64,000 nucleotides of DNA from NCBI GenBank assembly GCA_963806225.1, contig CAWDXG010000001.1, forward strand, positions 224,001 to 288,000, written 5' to 3'. Below are positions 41,811 through 53,020 of the stretch, in pieces. This DNA is from an uncultured delta proteobacterium. Its GTDB lineage: Bacteria; Myxococcota_A; Polyangia; Polyangiales; Polyangiaceae. Numbering within the stretch: position 1 is the first letter of the stretch; every line of letters starts with the position of its first letter. The notes beneath the pieces are model-generated. The model had not been told where the DNA came from. It ran no database searches and was given only the letters and a program-made list of their open reading frames with translations. Both the position numbers and the translations under genes were made by a program.

Positions 41811-44376
41811 TTGACGACTTCCGCGCGAATCCAGCCCGAGCTGGTGGCCTTGAGGAAGCTGGCCGAGGAGCTGGCGGGACGCCGCCGCGAGCGCGTGACC
41901 AGCGCGCATCTACTGGCCGCCATCGCTTCGCGTCCGGGCGCGGTCGCTGACCTCCTGGAGGAGCGCAAGCTGGGGCCCGAGACGCTGCTGCGCGCGGCGC
42001 GGGCTTCCAGCGACGAGCTCGAAAATCCGCTGAAGTGGGCGCTCACGCGCGCGCGCGAGGTCGCTTCGCGCATGGGCGCTCCAGATCCCGGGGCGGCGCA
42101 TCTGCTGGTCGCGCTCCTGAACGAACGGCGCGGCGCGGCCCATCAGGCGCTCGATCAGTGTGGCGTCGACGTGAGCCGCTTGAGGACGGCCGCCATGAGC
42201 CTGGGCCAGGGCCTGCTGGGGCGGCGCCGTGTGGTCGCGCGTCGCGACGCTGACCCCGGCACCGCGAAAGGTGGCAGAGAACGCGCAGCGCCGTGCTCCG
42301 ACCGGCGTCACCATCCCGCTCTTCCCGCCGCCGCGCCCCTCGCAGCTGTCGAGCTCGCCGCCCCGCAGCGAGCCGCGCCCGTCGGATCGGAGCGCAGCGT
42401 CGAACACCGCGTCCGCGCGTCCGACGGGCCGCAGCTCCGCGAAGGCGGCGCGCACGGTGGCGCTGTCCACCAGCCCGGAGAGCGGCGCCGCGCCGACCCG
42501 GTCCGGCAACAGCCGCCGCCGGACGAAAGGTCAAGCGTCGCGCGAGTCCCGCTTTGCGCTGGATGCGCAGAAATTCCCGACCCTGTGCGCGCTCGGAACG
42601 AACCTCACCGAAGCGGCAGCCCGTGGCGAGCTGGACCCGGTGGTCGGACGCCAGACCGAGATTGAGCAGACCCTGGACGTGCTGGCCAAGCGCCAGGGCA
42701 ACAACCCCTGCCTCGTCGGCGTTTCCGGAGTCGGCAAGACCAGCGTAGTGCGCGGGCTCGCCCAGCGAATCGCCGAGGCGCGCGACGTGGTCTCCCTCGA
42801 CGATCGGATCATCGTCGAGATCCCGGTCGGCGAGCTCGTAGCAGGTACGGGCGTGCGCGGCGCGTTGGCGCAGCGTATCGCGGCGCTGCGCAAGGAAGTG
42901 CTCTGGCTTCCCGCGGACGCGTGGTGCTCTTCTTCGACGAGATCCACCAGCTGTTCGTGGGCGATGCTGCCGAGGAGCTTTCCGGCGACCTCAAGCTGGC
43001 GCTGGCCCGGGGCGAGCTGCCCTGCATCGGCGCTACGACGCACGAGGAGTACAAGAAGGCGATCGAGAGCGACGCGGCCCTCGCGCGGCGTTTCAGCGTC
43101 GTCGAGGTGGACGAGCCCAGTCGCGAGGACGCCTACCTGATCCTCGGGCGCGCTTGCGAACCGCCTCGAGGAACACCACAAGGTGAGCTACGACGAGGAT
43201 GCGCTCGCGCTTTCCATCGCCTGGTCGGTGCGCTACCTGCCGGGACGCGCGCTGCCGGACAAGGCCATCTCCGTCGTGGATCTCGCGGGCGCCCGCACGC
43301 GGCGTCGCGGTGGGCGCAAGGTGACGGCTGAAGGCGTCGCGGAAGTGATTGCCGAGATGGCGGACATGCCGGTGGAGCGGCTGCTCGAGACGGACGGCGA
43401 CCGCATGCTCAGGCTGGAGGAGATCCTTGCCGACCGGGTCGTGGGGCACGCGCCGCAGATCCGGAAGATCGCGCGGATCCTGCGCCGCAATGCCGCAGGG
43501 CTGGGCTCGCGGCGTCCGATCGGCACGTTCCTCTTGCTTGGCCCCACCGGCGTGGGCAAGACCGAAACCGCCAAGGCGATCGCCGAGGTGTTGTTCCACA
43601 CCGAAAGCGCGATGACGCGCCTCGACCTGTCCGAGTTCAGCGAAGCGCACGCCGTGGCCCGGCTGATCGGCGCGCCTCCGGGCTATATCGGCCACGACTC
43701 GGGCGGACAGTTGACCGAAGCGGTGCGCCGCCGCCCCTACCAGGTGATCCTGCTCGACGAGATCGAGAAGGCGCATCCCGAGGTGCTGGTGACCTTCCTG
43801 GGGGTATTCGACGAGGGGCGGCTCACCGACGGGCGCGGCCGCACCGTGGACTTCACGAACACGGTGATCCTCATGACGTCCAATCTCGGTGCGGCGGAAA
43901 CAGGCGCCAGCCCGCGGCGGCGCGTCGGTTTTGGAAGCGATGCGGCCGAGGAGCGCGCCGATGTCGACGCCCGCGTCGTGGCCGCGGCACGTGCGGCGCT
44001 GCCGCCGGAGCTCTACAACCGCATCGACGAGGTGCTCGCGTTCGCGCCGCTTGGACGCGACGAGGTCCGCGAGATTGCCCGGCGCCTGCTCGCCGGCGTA
44101 GGTCGGGCACTGACGCGGCAGCGCGACGTGCGCCTCGCGGTCGACGACTCCGCGATCGAGGCACTGCTCGACGCCGGCGGCTACGAACCCAGCCTGGGCG
44201 CACGCCCCATGAAGCGCACCATCGCGCGCCTGGTCGAGGCGCCCCTGGCGGAGAAGATCCTGCGCGGCGAGCTCGAGCGCGGCGATGTGCTCTTCATCAA
44301 TGCCGCCGATGGCGAGCTGTCGTTCGACGTGCTCGAGGGCGTGTCGGACGGTTCGGCGAGCTCGGCGGCGGAATAG
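41811..44376 (+). CDS. ATP-dependent Clp protease ATP-binding subunit, ClpA/ClpC-like (apparent indels near 42270, 42905 and 43150)
   Basis: Clp-N repeats ([17 protein letters not shown]), [76 protein letters not shown]. Confidence 0.88.
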
Positions 44377-44386
44377 CGACTGCCCG

Positions 44387-45094
44387 CTACCAGGAGCTGT
44401 GCACGCCGTACGTGCCGGAGCGCGTGTCCAGGCTGAGGAAGCTGGTCTTCCCCTCGCTGCACGAGCCGCTGTTCAGGAACAGGCGGCGGCCGTGCTCGGT
44501 GCGCGCTGCGTGGTGGGTATGTCCGGTGACGACCACGTCCGCGCTGCGCATCCCGGCGACTTCGACGGCCCAGCGCTGGAAGCCGGAGCTCTTTCCGTCG
44601 ACGTGCTGGCCGCCGCGCATGCCGTCGAGCCGGGTCAGGATGCGGTACAGCGGGCTCCAGCCGAGGCGGCGGACCCAGCCGCCGAACCACACCCCGAGCT
44701 CCGAGAGCCAGAGCGCCTTCCGGATGATGACGTCGTAGTGGTGGCCGTGCGTGAACAGCACCCGCGTGCCGTCGGCCTCGATGGCGAGCTCTTCCGGAGC
44801 CGCTTCGAGGCTGCCGGTCACCAGGTCGTGGTTGCCGTGGATGTAGGTGTACGGCGCCCGCGCGAAGCGCCTCGCGATTTCCGCGTGGGCATGCCGCGCG
44901 GCGGCTAGCTCGGCGACGGGATTGCCGTAGCGTCGTCCCGTCAGCGTCTCCCAGATGTCTCCCAGGAGCACGATGCGTTCGAAGTTGTGCTCGAGGAAGC
45001 GAAGGAACTTCAAGAACTCGCCGTCGTCGTGGCCGAAGGAATCGGTCACGCCACCGGGCCCCAGATGCAGATCCGAAATCACCGCGATCTTCAC
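44387..45094 (-). CDS. Metallophosphoesterase, LpxH-like
   Basis: GGAGG then GTG; ISDLHLG, LLGDIWE, HGNHD, THGH, GHTH, NSGS. Confidence 0.85.
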   Translation of the reverse strand: MKIAVISDLHLGPGGVTDSFGHDDGEFLKFLRFLEHNFERIVLLGDIWETLTGRRYGNPVAELAAARHAHAEIARRFARAPYTYIHGNHDLVTGSLEAAPEELAIEADGTRVLFTHGHHYDVIIRKALWLSELGVWFGGWVRRLGWSPLYRILTRLDGMRGGQHVDGKSSGFQRWAVEVAGMRSADVVVTGHTHHAARTEHGRRLFLNSGSCSEGKTSFLSLDTRSGTYGVHSSW

Positions 45095-45418
45095 GTCAAC
45101 CTCCGTCGCGCTGCCACACCCGCGCCGTGCGCGACCGGCGCGCAGGACGTAGAGGGGCTCGGGTGTGGGCTTGCCATGTCTTTGTCCGTCGTTTCCCCCG
45201 CTTGTTGCGGGCGACGGTGACGGACGGATGGAGCTTCTGGAAGATCGGTGAAACAAAGTACAAGGCGCGGGCTCTGCCGCGCGAAAAACAAGGGCTACAT
45301 ACTTGTTCTAGCCTCGTTCCGCCCGCGCGCAAGGCGACCGCCCGCTGTCGATGTGCCCCTGCCGGACCGAGAAACCCCTGGCCTGACGAGCCCGGGGCCG
45401 GCGATACTGTGCGACACG

Positions 45419-45769
45419 ATGCAGAGAAGCATGCGCATGGCGTGGGTGGCGCTTTTCGCGGCGGCTATGGCCGCCCAGGCCTGCAACGACAATGAACAGC
45501 CGTTTCCCGCTGACAACTCGTCGGGCGACGCCGCCGCGGGCGCGTCGGGATCCGGCGCGACCGGCGACGGTAGTGCGAGCGGCGGAACCGGCGGGACTAC
45601 GGACGACGGCGGCACCGACAGCAGCGCTGGCGGCATGTCCGGAAGTGCCGGCATGGGCGGCGCTGCAGGTGCGGCTGGAGCGTCCGGAAGCGCGGGGGCG
45701 GGTGGTGTTGCTGGCGCATCCGGCGGCACCGGCGGCAAGCCTGGCAAGGGTCAGAAAGACGCAGGTTGA
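45419..45769 (+). CDS. Small Gly-rich lipoprotein
   Basis: AAQAC lipobox and a low-complexity Gly/Ala/Ser tail. Confidence 0.55.
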   Translation: MQRSMRMAWVALFAAAMAAQACNDNEQPFPADNSSGDAAAGASGSGATGDGSASGGTGGTTDDGGTDSSAGGMSGSAGMGGAAGAAGASGSAGAGGVAGASGGTGGKPGKGQKDAG

Positions 45770-45785
45770 ACCAGTTGCGCGCCCA

Positions 45786-47333
45786 CTAGCCGCGCCGGCG
45801 GCGCAGTAGCGCCATGCCGGCCAAGCCGAGCAGAGCCAGAAGCGATGCCGGTTCGCCGGGACCGCTTCCAGCTGCGAGGCAGCCGCACCCGCCGCTCTCA
45901 TTGGCCTGGCCGGGCGTGGCCGAGACCCCGCCGTCGTTCGAGCCGCCGCCAGCGCCGCCCGCACCCGGCAGATCCGGTCCCCTGCCGTAGCCCATCACCG
46001 TGAACTCCTGGTCGGGCGAATCTGGATCGTTGCTCGTGACCGTGATGGTGGCTTTCTGCGCGCCGCCCTTGGTGGGCTTGAACCGCACACCCAGGTCGTA
46101 GGTGTCGGCCGGCCCCATCTGGGTGGACTGCACGGCGGGGCTGAACTGCGGATCGCTGCTCGAGAACTGGAGCAGGGCGCCGAGCTCGCCGGTGTTGTCG
46201 ATGCTGACGGTCTTGTCCTTGCGATTGCCGGTGTCGACCTGACCGAAGTCCACCGGCGTGGTCGGCACGAACACGTTCGGCAGCGGCAGGTGGACGATCT
46301 GCGTGGGGAAGTTCACCGGGATCGGGTTGCCCGTCACCGGGAACTTCAGGCCGACGCTGATCGGGAAGTTGAGCGTGATGCCGATTCCCGCGATCGAGTT
46401 GATGTTGATGACCGGAAGCAGCTCGATGTTGCCCGTGTAGGTGATCTCGCCCTGGGTCTGCAGCGTGAATTCCAGGTAGTCCTGGTCCACCATCGGAAAC
46501 ACCGTGGTGCCGTCCTGCTGCGTGATGGCGCCGGTGCCGCCGACCGGCTTCACCGACGTGGTCTTGTAGGTGAAGGTCGTGTCGGTCGTGGCGTCGAAAC
46601 TGAAATCGCCGGTGATGATGTTGTTGAAGTTGCCGGTGCCGACCAGCTTGCCCAGCTGATCGAACGTGACGCTGAACAGCTTGGAGTTGTTGAGGTTCGT
46701 GCCCTTCACGCCGACATCGACGCCGTCGAAGCCCCAGGGGTTGAAGCTCCCGCTGCCCAGCGCGACGTAGTCGAACTGCGCGCCCGGCAGGTAGTTGATG
46801 AGCGTGTTGGCGTCGATGTCGATCTCGCCCGTGTAGATGCTCGTGTTGAAGTAGAGCCCGAACGACGGAGTGAGCGTGTGCGTGATGCGGAACTGCGCGT
46901 CGGGCTTGGGGTCGCGCTCGAGCGACACCACGAAGCCACTCGTGTCCGGCCACGTTACCTGGATGTTCGCGCCCTTCTGCATGTCGACCGCGTAGATGGG
47001 CGAGGCGCCACTCGGGTCGAAGGTGACCTTGGCGTCGACCTGGATTTTCTGACCGCTGCAGTGAGCGGGGGGCGTGGGGGTGCACTTGGGAACCCAACCG
47101 GTATCGATGTTGATCGGCAGGGAATCATGCGACTCGATCGCCTGCTTCACGAGCGCCGAGCTGCACAGCAGCGTGGTGGGGTCGCAGACTGCGGGCGGGG
47201 TTCCCCCGTCGCCGCCTGCGTCGGTGCCCCCGTCCTGCGCCAGCGCCGGTGCGGAAAGCGCCAGCAGCCCGGCGGCGGCAAGCAGCGGAAGGCGCGGGCG
47301 AAGTGCCATGCGGGGGCGGGGCTGATGCTTCAT
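45786..47333 (-). CDS. MYXO-CTERM surface protein with an ASH/choice-of-anchor-D Ig-like domain
   Basis: Signal APALA; VDFGQV...IDNTG...VRFKP...ITVTSNDPD; SGGCGC, TM helix and RRRR. Confidence 0.8.
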   Translation of the reverse strand: MKHQPRPRMALRPRLPLLAAAGLLALSAPALAQDGGTDAGGDGGTPPAVCDPTTLLCSSALVKQAIESHDSLPINIDTGWVPKCTPTPPAHCSGQKIQVDAKVTFDPSGASPIYAVDMQKGANIQVTWPDTSGFVVSLERDPKPDAQFRITHTLTPSFGLYFNTSIYTGEIDIDANTLINYLPGAQFDYVALGSGSFNPWGFDGVDVGVKGTNLNNSKLFSVTFDQLGKLVGTGNFNNIITGDFSFDATTDTTFTYKTTSVKPVGGTGAITQQDGTTVFPMVDQDYLEFTLQTQGEITYTGNIELLPVININSIAGIGITLNFPISVGLKFPVTGNPIPVNFPTQIVHLPLPNVFVPTTPVDFGQVDTGNRKDKTVSIDNTGELGALLQFSSSDPQFSPAVQSTQMGPADTYDLGVRFKPTKGGAQKATITVTSNDPDSPDQEFTVMGYGRGPDLPGAGGAGGGSNDGGVSATPGQANESGGCGCLAAGSGPGEPASLLALLGLAGMALLRRRRG

Positions 47334-47377
47334 GGTCGGGCTCCTGGCTTCATGGCCTGGATGGGCCGGGGGAGGGG

Positions 47378-48887
47378 TCAGGTGCGTCTGCGACGACGCC
47401 TGGACAGGAGCAGCCCTACGCCGATGAAGCCGAACCACAGCTCGCCGGGGGGAGCTTCTCCAGAACCTGCGCTGCGGCAGCCGCAGCCGCCGCTTTCGTT
47501 CGCGCTGGGGATTGCGCCGGGGGCTCCGGCTTCCGGAGCGCCAGCGTCGTCAACCGGATAGTCGGGGCCGCTCACCGCCGCGCCGAGGCCGCGCAGCTTG
47601 ACCTTGATGAAGCGGTAGTCGGGGTCGTTCGTGACCAGGGTCATCTCGGTCTCGAACAGGCCCGCCTTCTGCGGCGTGAAGCGGATCGTCACGTTGCCGT
47701 CCTGCCCGGAGTCGATCAGCGTGGAGGGCGAGGTCAGCTTGAAGGTCGTTTGCATCGCGGCATCGATGAAGCCGGTGGCGCGCGCCTTGGCTTCGCCGAT
47801 GTTGCTGAGGGGCAGCTTGCGGAGCTTGCCGCCTCCGATCGCCACCTGCCCGAAGTCGATGATCGGGTCCTTCGAGCTCCTCGATGTCGGGCAGCGGCAC
47901 GTGCACGCGGACCGGATCGAACACGAAGGCCTGATCGCCAATTGGCATGCTGAGCGGGAAGTCGGTGATGGGGATCGAGAACTTCTTGCCCAGCACCTCG
48001 ATGAAGAAGGCCGGAATCAGGTGCAGCGTGCCGTCGTAGTGGACCGTCCCTTCGGGCCACACGTCGTATTCCACGAAGGCGCCGCCGGGGAAGGCGCGAT
48101 AGGCCGTGCCGCTGGCGCTCTGGACGGGCAGCTCGTTCGTGCCGGCGGGGTCGATCTGGATCCGATCGGTGGTGTACGTCGCCGACAGCTCGCCTTTCAC
48201 GTCCAGCGACACGCCGCCCTTGCTGATCTGGCTGGGCACGCCGGCCAGCCCGAGCAGGTTCACGTCGAAGAGCGTGAACGACTTGGTGAAGGCGCTGGCC
48301 TTGGCCCCGTTGGGAGCGAACGCCCAGGGCGTGAAGAGCGTCGCCCCTTTCATGTGGAAGTCGATCTGCGGCACGTACGGGATGTCGCCACTCCACTTGA
48401 TGGGGATACCGGCGACGTTAGCGTCGATGCGCGCCTTGGCGCCGACCTCGAGCCCGTAGTCGAAACCGAGAAAGCCCCTGCTCCCGCCGGGAGTCGCCAG
48501 TGTCATCGACTGGGGCCAGGTCGTTTGCAGCTGACCGTCGAGCTCGACGGTCGTTTCTGCGGGCATCTTCACGTAGAAGCGGACCTGCAGCGGGCTGCCA
48601 TTGGGGATCCAGTTGGTGTCCCAGTCGAACGCGAACGGAAGCTGGATCGTCTTCGCGTACTCGAGCGGTCCAGCGATGGTGCACTCGAGATCGGCGCCGC
48701 CGCAGTAGTAGGCGAGGATTGCGCCCGGGCTGACCGACCCATCGGCCCCGGCGTCCAGCAGCGGTGCGGCGTCGGGTGCTCCGCCGTCCTGCGCACGCGC
48801 CAGCGGCGCGGCGGACAGCGAGGCGCCCAGTGCGGCACCGATGATCAAGGAGCGGAAGCGACGGACCACGATGTATCCCAGCGACAA
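47378..48887 (-). CDS. Paralogous MYXO-CTERM surface protein with an ASH-like domain (apparent indel near 47875)
   Basis: ORF 47550-48887 up to HVPLPDI continues in another frame as IIDFGQV...SNIG...RFTP...VTNDPD...SGGCGC, TM helix, RRRRRR. Confidence 0.75.
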
Positions 48888-49056
48888 GGCGCACGAGCCC
48901 TGCCAACCCTACAGGCTGCCTTGATTTGTACCACGAAACGGCCGAAGGCCGTGAGCGACGGCCGGGACGCGAGCGCAGCCGAGCGGCTTCGTGATCGCGA
49001 TCATGGCTGCTCCAGAGGCTGCCTACATCCGCACACCTGCGGCGTCGGGCCCGCGC

Positions 49057-51867
49057 TCAGCGTGGCGTTGCTTCGAGCGCCCGCCGGTAGCGATCGCGGC
49101 GCAGCTGGTCGCGGAGCACCTCGTAGGCTTCGTCCAGCACTTCGCAGATCACGTCGACATCGTCGCGCAGGTCCGCCGTCCGTGCGCTCAGGATACGGCT
49201 TGGTTCGAACTGGCGGCGCAGGTCGAGGTAGGCGCGGCGGATATCGTATCCGGTCGAGCCGCGGCTGATGCCGAGCACGGCGAAATAGTCGCCTTCGCGC
49301 ACGAGCGCCATGCGCGCCTCGATGCGCGTGCGCAGCGCTTCCTCGTCGAGCTCGTCTGTTTCGGGCGCTTCGGGTGCCCGGGCCTCCTGGCGGGCCGACA
49401 TGCTGGGCGACAGCACCTCCAGCACGCCCAGCTCCACCAGCGCGTAGAGCATCGGAGCCGGGTCGTCGGAGCGAGCGCTCTCCAGCAGCTCTGCAATGCT
49501 GGAGCTCTTCGCGCGGTTCACCAAGGCGATGTCGGCTTCGACGAGAGCGCACTCGCCGAGCAGCGACGCAGCCGGGCCGTCCGCGAAGCGTGCGGCGCGG
49601 CCGCCCATGCGGCGGACGGCTTCCTGTGGCGGTACGCTGCGCCGCACGACCTCGACCAGCACCTCTGCCCCGGTGGCGCCGCCGAACACCGCCGGCTCCG
49701 CCTGCAGCCGCCCCGGCAGTTCCTTCTCCAGACTCAACGCGCCGCGTTCGACTTCCATGACTCGCCCCACGATCCATTCGGCGTGGGCGCGCAGCACCGG
49801 CCACAGCTCGTCCTGACGTAGATGACCATGGGCGATCAACGCCGCGCCGGCGTGGCGCCCGAACTGCGCCAGCTTGCGTCCTAGCGGTGCCGCCACGTCG
49901 GGTGTCAGGACGCCGCGCCGGGCCAGGAAGGCGACGAGCGATTCGCCTTCGGTACCCGAGGCAGCCGTCACCAGATCGCCGTCCCGAAGCACCACGCGGC
50001 GGATGCCGTTGTTGTCCTCGACTGCGAGGGCGCCCGTGTAGCGCGAGCGCACCGCGCGCGCGAGCGCGCGCACGGCGTCTCCCACGCCCAGCGCCGTTGG
50101 TATCTCGGGCAGCGACGCCGCGGCGGACACCACCCTTGCCGGTGCCGGAGCGGGGGAGGGAGCCGCGGGGATCGGCGGTGCAGGCGGGAAGCCCAGGTTC
50201 GCGGTGCCCCTCCCGTACGGTGGAGGTGCCGTCACTGCCACCGAGGCCGCCATGCCTCGCGGGATGCCCAGTGGCGGTGCCGTGCGTCTCCTTTGCAGCG
50301 GCTCCAGCACCGAGGGCGGTGCGGGTGTCGCCTGTGACGGCGGCGCACCGTGGTGTGTGCGGAAGTTCGGCGCGTCGCTCGGTGGTGGCTGCCGGGCGGA
50401 AGGCGGACTCTCCCCGGACTCCACCGCGGTACCCGGCACGCCGGGTCCCGCGGGCATCCAGCTGGCCCGTGCCGGCACGGCCGGTGGCGTCACCTCGTCC
50501 CTGTCGAGGGAGGCTGGGGGCTCGCTTTCCGGCGCCGCCAGATTCTCGCTGGGAGGGAACAGGCTTCCTCCAGCCACGGTTCGCGGTCCCGTGGCGGTGG
50601 AGTTGTGGGGAGAGCCGGTCTCGCCGGGCACCGGCACGTCGCCGCTGGTGACGAACGCGCCGCGCGGTTCATTGACCGCGCCGGTGCCTCCAGTGGACCC
50701 AAGCCCTGTTCCGCCTGCGTCAGAGCCCGAGCGTGTCCCGAAGACGCTCGACTCCTCGCCATCGTCGTCGGCGTCATGGTCGAGCGGTTCGTCCAGTGCG
50801 GCGAGCACTTCCGCCGGCAGTACGGCCTCGACTTCCTCGTCCGGAGACAACCGGCTGGGTGGGTTGGACGGCGAGGGTTTCTGCCCCAGCCGCTGCTCCG
50901 CACGCGCGAGCAGCCTTTCCAGTTCCGGGCTCATCTCCGACTGCGGGATTTGCCGTGCGAGCGGCGAGCCCGCAGACTCGGCGTCCACGCCGAAGCCAAG
51001 CGGAACCGGCGGAGGCAGGCTCGGGCTGTCGCTGGAGGGCCGTTCCGCGGGCGGCGGCAGACTCGATCTCGACGGCGCCCGTGGTCCGGTGGGTTCGTAC
51101 GTGACCGGGCCCGGGCCCTGCGGCGGCTTGCCGGGTGGCGGTTGGGACGAGCGTGGCGGAGGCTCGGTCGGCCCTGCCGGGCGAGCGCCTGCAAGCGCAG
51201 ACGTCGCGCTGCTTGGCGTCTGTGCAGCGTCCTTCGTGTCGGTCTGCGCTTCGGCCGGGCCCGTCGCGTCGCTCGACGCCTGCGCGGGACCTTTCCCACC
51301 GGTCTGGGCGTCGGTGGCAGCCGGCGCGGGCCTGCTCCCCAGCGAGGGGCGGCTGGATGGCATGCGCGGGGGCGACGAGCTGATACGCCCGCCGGGTCGT
51401 CCGCTCGAGCTAGGCGGCCCGTAGGGGATCTGGGAGGGCAGCAGCGCACCCCGCGCCGAAGACGGCAGCATGGACGGCACGGCGCCCAGCGGCGGTCCGA
51501 TCAGCGCTTCGACCTTGCGCAACAGGGCGTACACGTCCACCGGGCGAACGAAGAAGCCGCTGCCTTCGTGGAACACCGCGTCGGGCATGTCGTCGAGTGT
51601 GCCGCCCGCCTCGCCCAGGAAGATGATGTCGACGCCGCTGCCGCCCGGCACGTCGCGTAGACGGGCCATCGTCTCGATAGCGTTGTCGGCGTCCACGTCG
51701 CACAGGATCAGCGAAGGACGTTGCACCGCGGCGCGGCTCACGACGAGCGTAAGCGGCACGTCGACGACGACGTAGCCGCGCACGCGCAGAGCGGTCGTCA
51801 ACCGCTCTGCCTCGGCAGAGGCATCGCTGACGAAGATCAGCGGCTCCGAGTCGGAGGGGCCGCCCAT
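49057..51867 (-). CDS. Receiver-like domain, Pro-rich linker, DUF4388-like domain and C-terminal J-like domain
   Basis: LIFVSD...RPSLILCD...IIFLG...FVRPVD (atypical receiver); YTGALAV...RRVVLRDGDLV; DYFAVLGI...IRRAY...EAYEVLRD...RDRY. Confidence 0.75.
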   Translation of the reverse strand: MGGPSDSEPLIFVSDASAEAERLTTALRVRGYVVVDVPLTLVVSRAAVQRPSLILCDVDADNAIETMARLRDVPGGSGVDIIFLGEAGGTLDDMPDAVFHEGSGFFVRPVDVYALLRKVEALIGPPLGAVPSMLPSSARGALLPSQIPYGPPSSSGRPGGRISSSPPRMPSSRPSLGSRPAPAATDAQTGGKGPAQASSDATGPAEAQTDTKDAAQTPSSATSALAGARPAGPTEPPPRSSQPPPGKPPQGPGPVTYEPTGPRAPSRSSLPPPAERPSSDSPSLPPPVPLGFGVDAESAGSPLARQIPQSEMSPELERLLARAEQRLGQKPSPSNPPSRLSPDEEVEAVLPAEVLAALDEPLDHDADDDGEESSVFGTRSGSDAGGTGLGSTGGTGAVNEPRGAFVTSGDVPVPGETGSPHNSTATGPRTVAGGSLFPPSENLAAPESEPPASLDRDEVTPPAVPARASWMPAGPGVPGTAVESGESPPSARQPPPSDAPNFRTHHGAPPSQATPAPPSVLEPLQRRRTAPPLGIPRGMAASVAVTAPPPYGRGTANLGFPPAPPIPAAPSPAPAPARVVSAAASLPEIPTALGVGDAVRALARAVRSRYTGALAVEDNNGIRRVVLRDGDLVTAASGTEGESLVAFLARRGVLTPDVAAPLGRKLAQFGRHAGAALIAHGHLRQDELWPVLRAHAEWIVGRVMEVERGALSLEKELPGRLQAEPAVFGGATGAEVLVEVVRRSVPPQEAVRRMGGRAARFADGPAASLLGECALVEADIALVNRAKSSSIAELLESARSDDPAPMLYALVELGVLEVLSPSMSARQEARAPEAPETDELDEEALRTRIEARMALVREGDYFAVLGISRGSTGYDIRRAYLDLRRQFEPSRILSARTADLRDDVDVICEVLDEAYEVLRDQLRRDRYRRALEATPR

Positions 51868-51996
51868 GTGGGCGCCAGGGGGATCAGGCACCACGGCGGG
51901 CGAGTGTACGCGACGCGCGCACGGGGCGGCTACCACTACCCGACGACATTTTCTCCGGAAGCGCGCCAGGGACGGCAGCGAACGAGCTCGATGGCC

Positions 51997-52164
51997 TCAC
52001 TGGCTGCTGTCGTCCTGTTCGGGGTGCTCGCTCCCGCGTTCCTCGGCGCCAGCAAGCCGGAGCGCGATGGCAGCTCCGAGCCTGGGCCACATTGGAGCCG
52101 ACACCACCGCTAGCGTGACGAATCCGATGACGAACAGCTCGCCGCTGGTCAGCCCCAGGAACAC
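51997..52164 (-). CDS. 55-aa TatA-like small membrane protein (below the ORF-track cut-off)
   Basis: Hand translation: MFLGLTSGELFVIGFVTLAVVSAPMWPRLGAAIALRLAGAEERGSEHPEQDDSSQ*. Confidence 0.55.
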   Translation of the reverse strand: MFLGLTSGELFVIGFVTLAVVSAPMWPRLGAAIALRLAGAEERGSEHPEQDDSSQ

Positions 52165-52236
52165 GCGTCCGCGATACCACGTCGCTGGAGCCGCGCATAA
52201 TAGTCGGGCTCGATAGTATGGCGCTCGTGGTAGGAC

Positions 52237-52785
52237 TTGGCCGCTACGGATTGCGTACTCGGTCTAGGTGCGAACCTCGGCGATCGTCGCGCGACGCTCG
52301 ATGCGGCGGTGGGCGGAATCGGGGCTCTCGGCCGGCTCGTCGGTGTTTCGGCGCTCTACGAGACGGATCCCGTAGGACCACCGCAGGCTGACTACCTGAA
52401 CGCCGCTGTGCGGCTTTCCACGCCGCTGCCGCCAGAGGCGCTGCTCGACGAACTTCTGGCGATCGAACGCCGCCACGGACGCGAGCGGCGCGAACGCTGG
52501 GGTCCCCGCCTCCTGGATCTGGACATTCTGTGGATTTCCGGCCGCCATGTCCGCACGGCGCGGCTGGAGGTGCCCCACCCCGAGCTCAGTCATCGTGCTT
52601 TCGCGTTGCTGCCGCTGCTGGACGTGGCGCCAGACGCCGCAGATCCTAGGACGGGCCAGCGCTACGCGGCGCTAGCCTCGCAGCTGGACACCTCCGGAGC
52701 CCGCCGCATCGCTGGCACGGCGGCCGGAGCGTGGCTCGAGCGCCAGGAAGCCGCCCACCCGGATCGCGGCAACAAGCCCGTCTAG
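52237..52785 (+). CDS. folK: 2-amino-4-hydroxy-6-hydroxymethyldihydropteridine diphosphokinase
   Basis: LGLGANLGD, SALYETDP, QADYLNAA, RWGPRLLDLDIL, VPHP, RAFALLPL. Confidence 0.95.
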   Translation: MAATDCVLGLGANLGDRRATLDAAVGGIGALGRLVGVSALYETDPVGPPQADYLNAAVRLSTPLPPEALLDELLAIERRHGRERRERWGPRLLDLDILWISGRHVRTARLEVPHPELSHRAFALLPLLDVAPDAADPRTGQRYAALASQLDTSGARRIAGTAAGAWLERQEAAHPDRGNKPV

Positions 52786-53020
52786 CCGGCACCTACGACG
52801 CAGAGCGTCGCACCGCTAGACACTTGAGCGCCAAGGTGGTACGAGCCGCCCGCCGCTGTCTGCAGGTGAACCGGTCCGGCGCCCGAGCGACCGGCCCGGT
52901 CGGGCCAGGTGCGCGCCCCGCTCCGGACGGTCCGAACAATACCCAGGTGGAAGGATGCTGAGCATCGGACTATGCGCTTCGACCGCACAGGTCGGCTCGA
53001 TACTCGAGGCCCTAGGGGTC

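Noticed and set aside
45287..45307. AACAAG-N9-CTTGTT dyad in a divergent intergenic region
   Set aside because: Only 6-bp arms and no second copy seen; could be chance.
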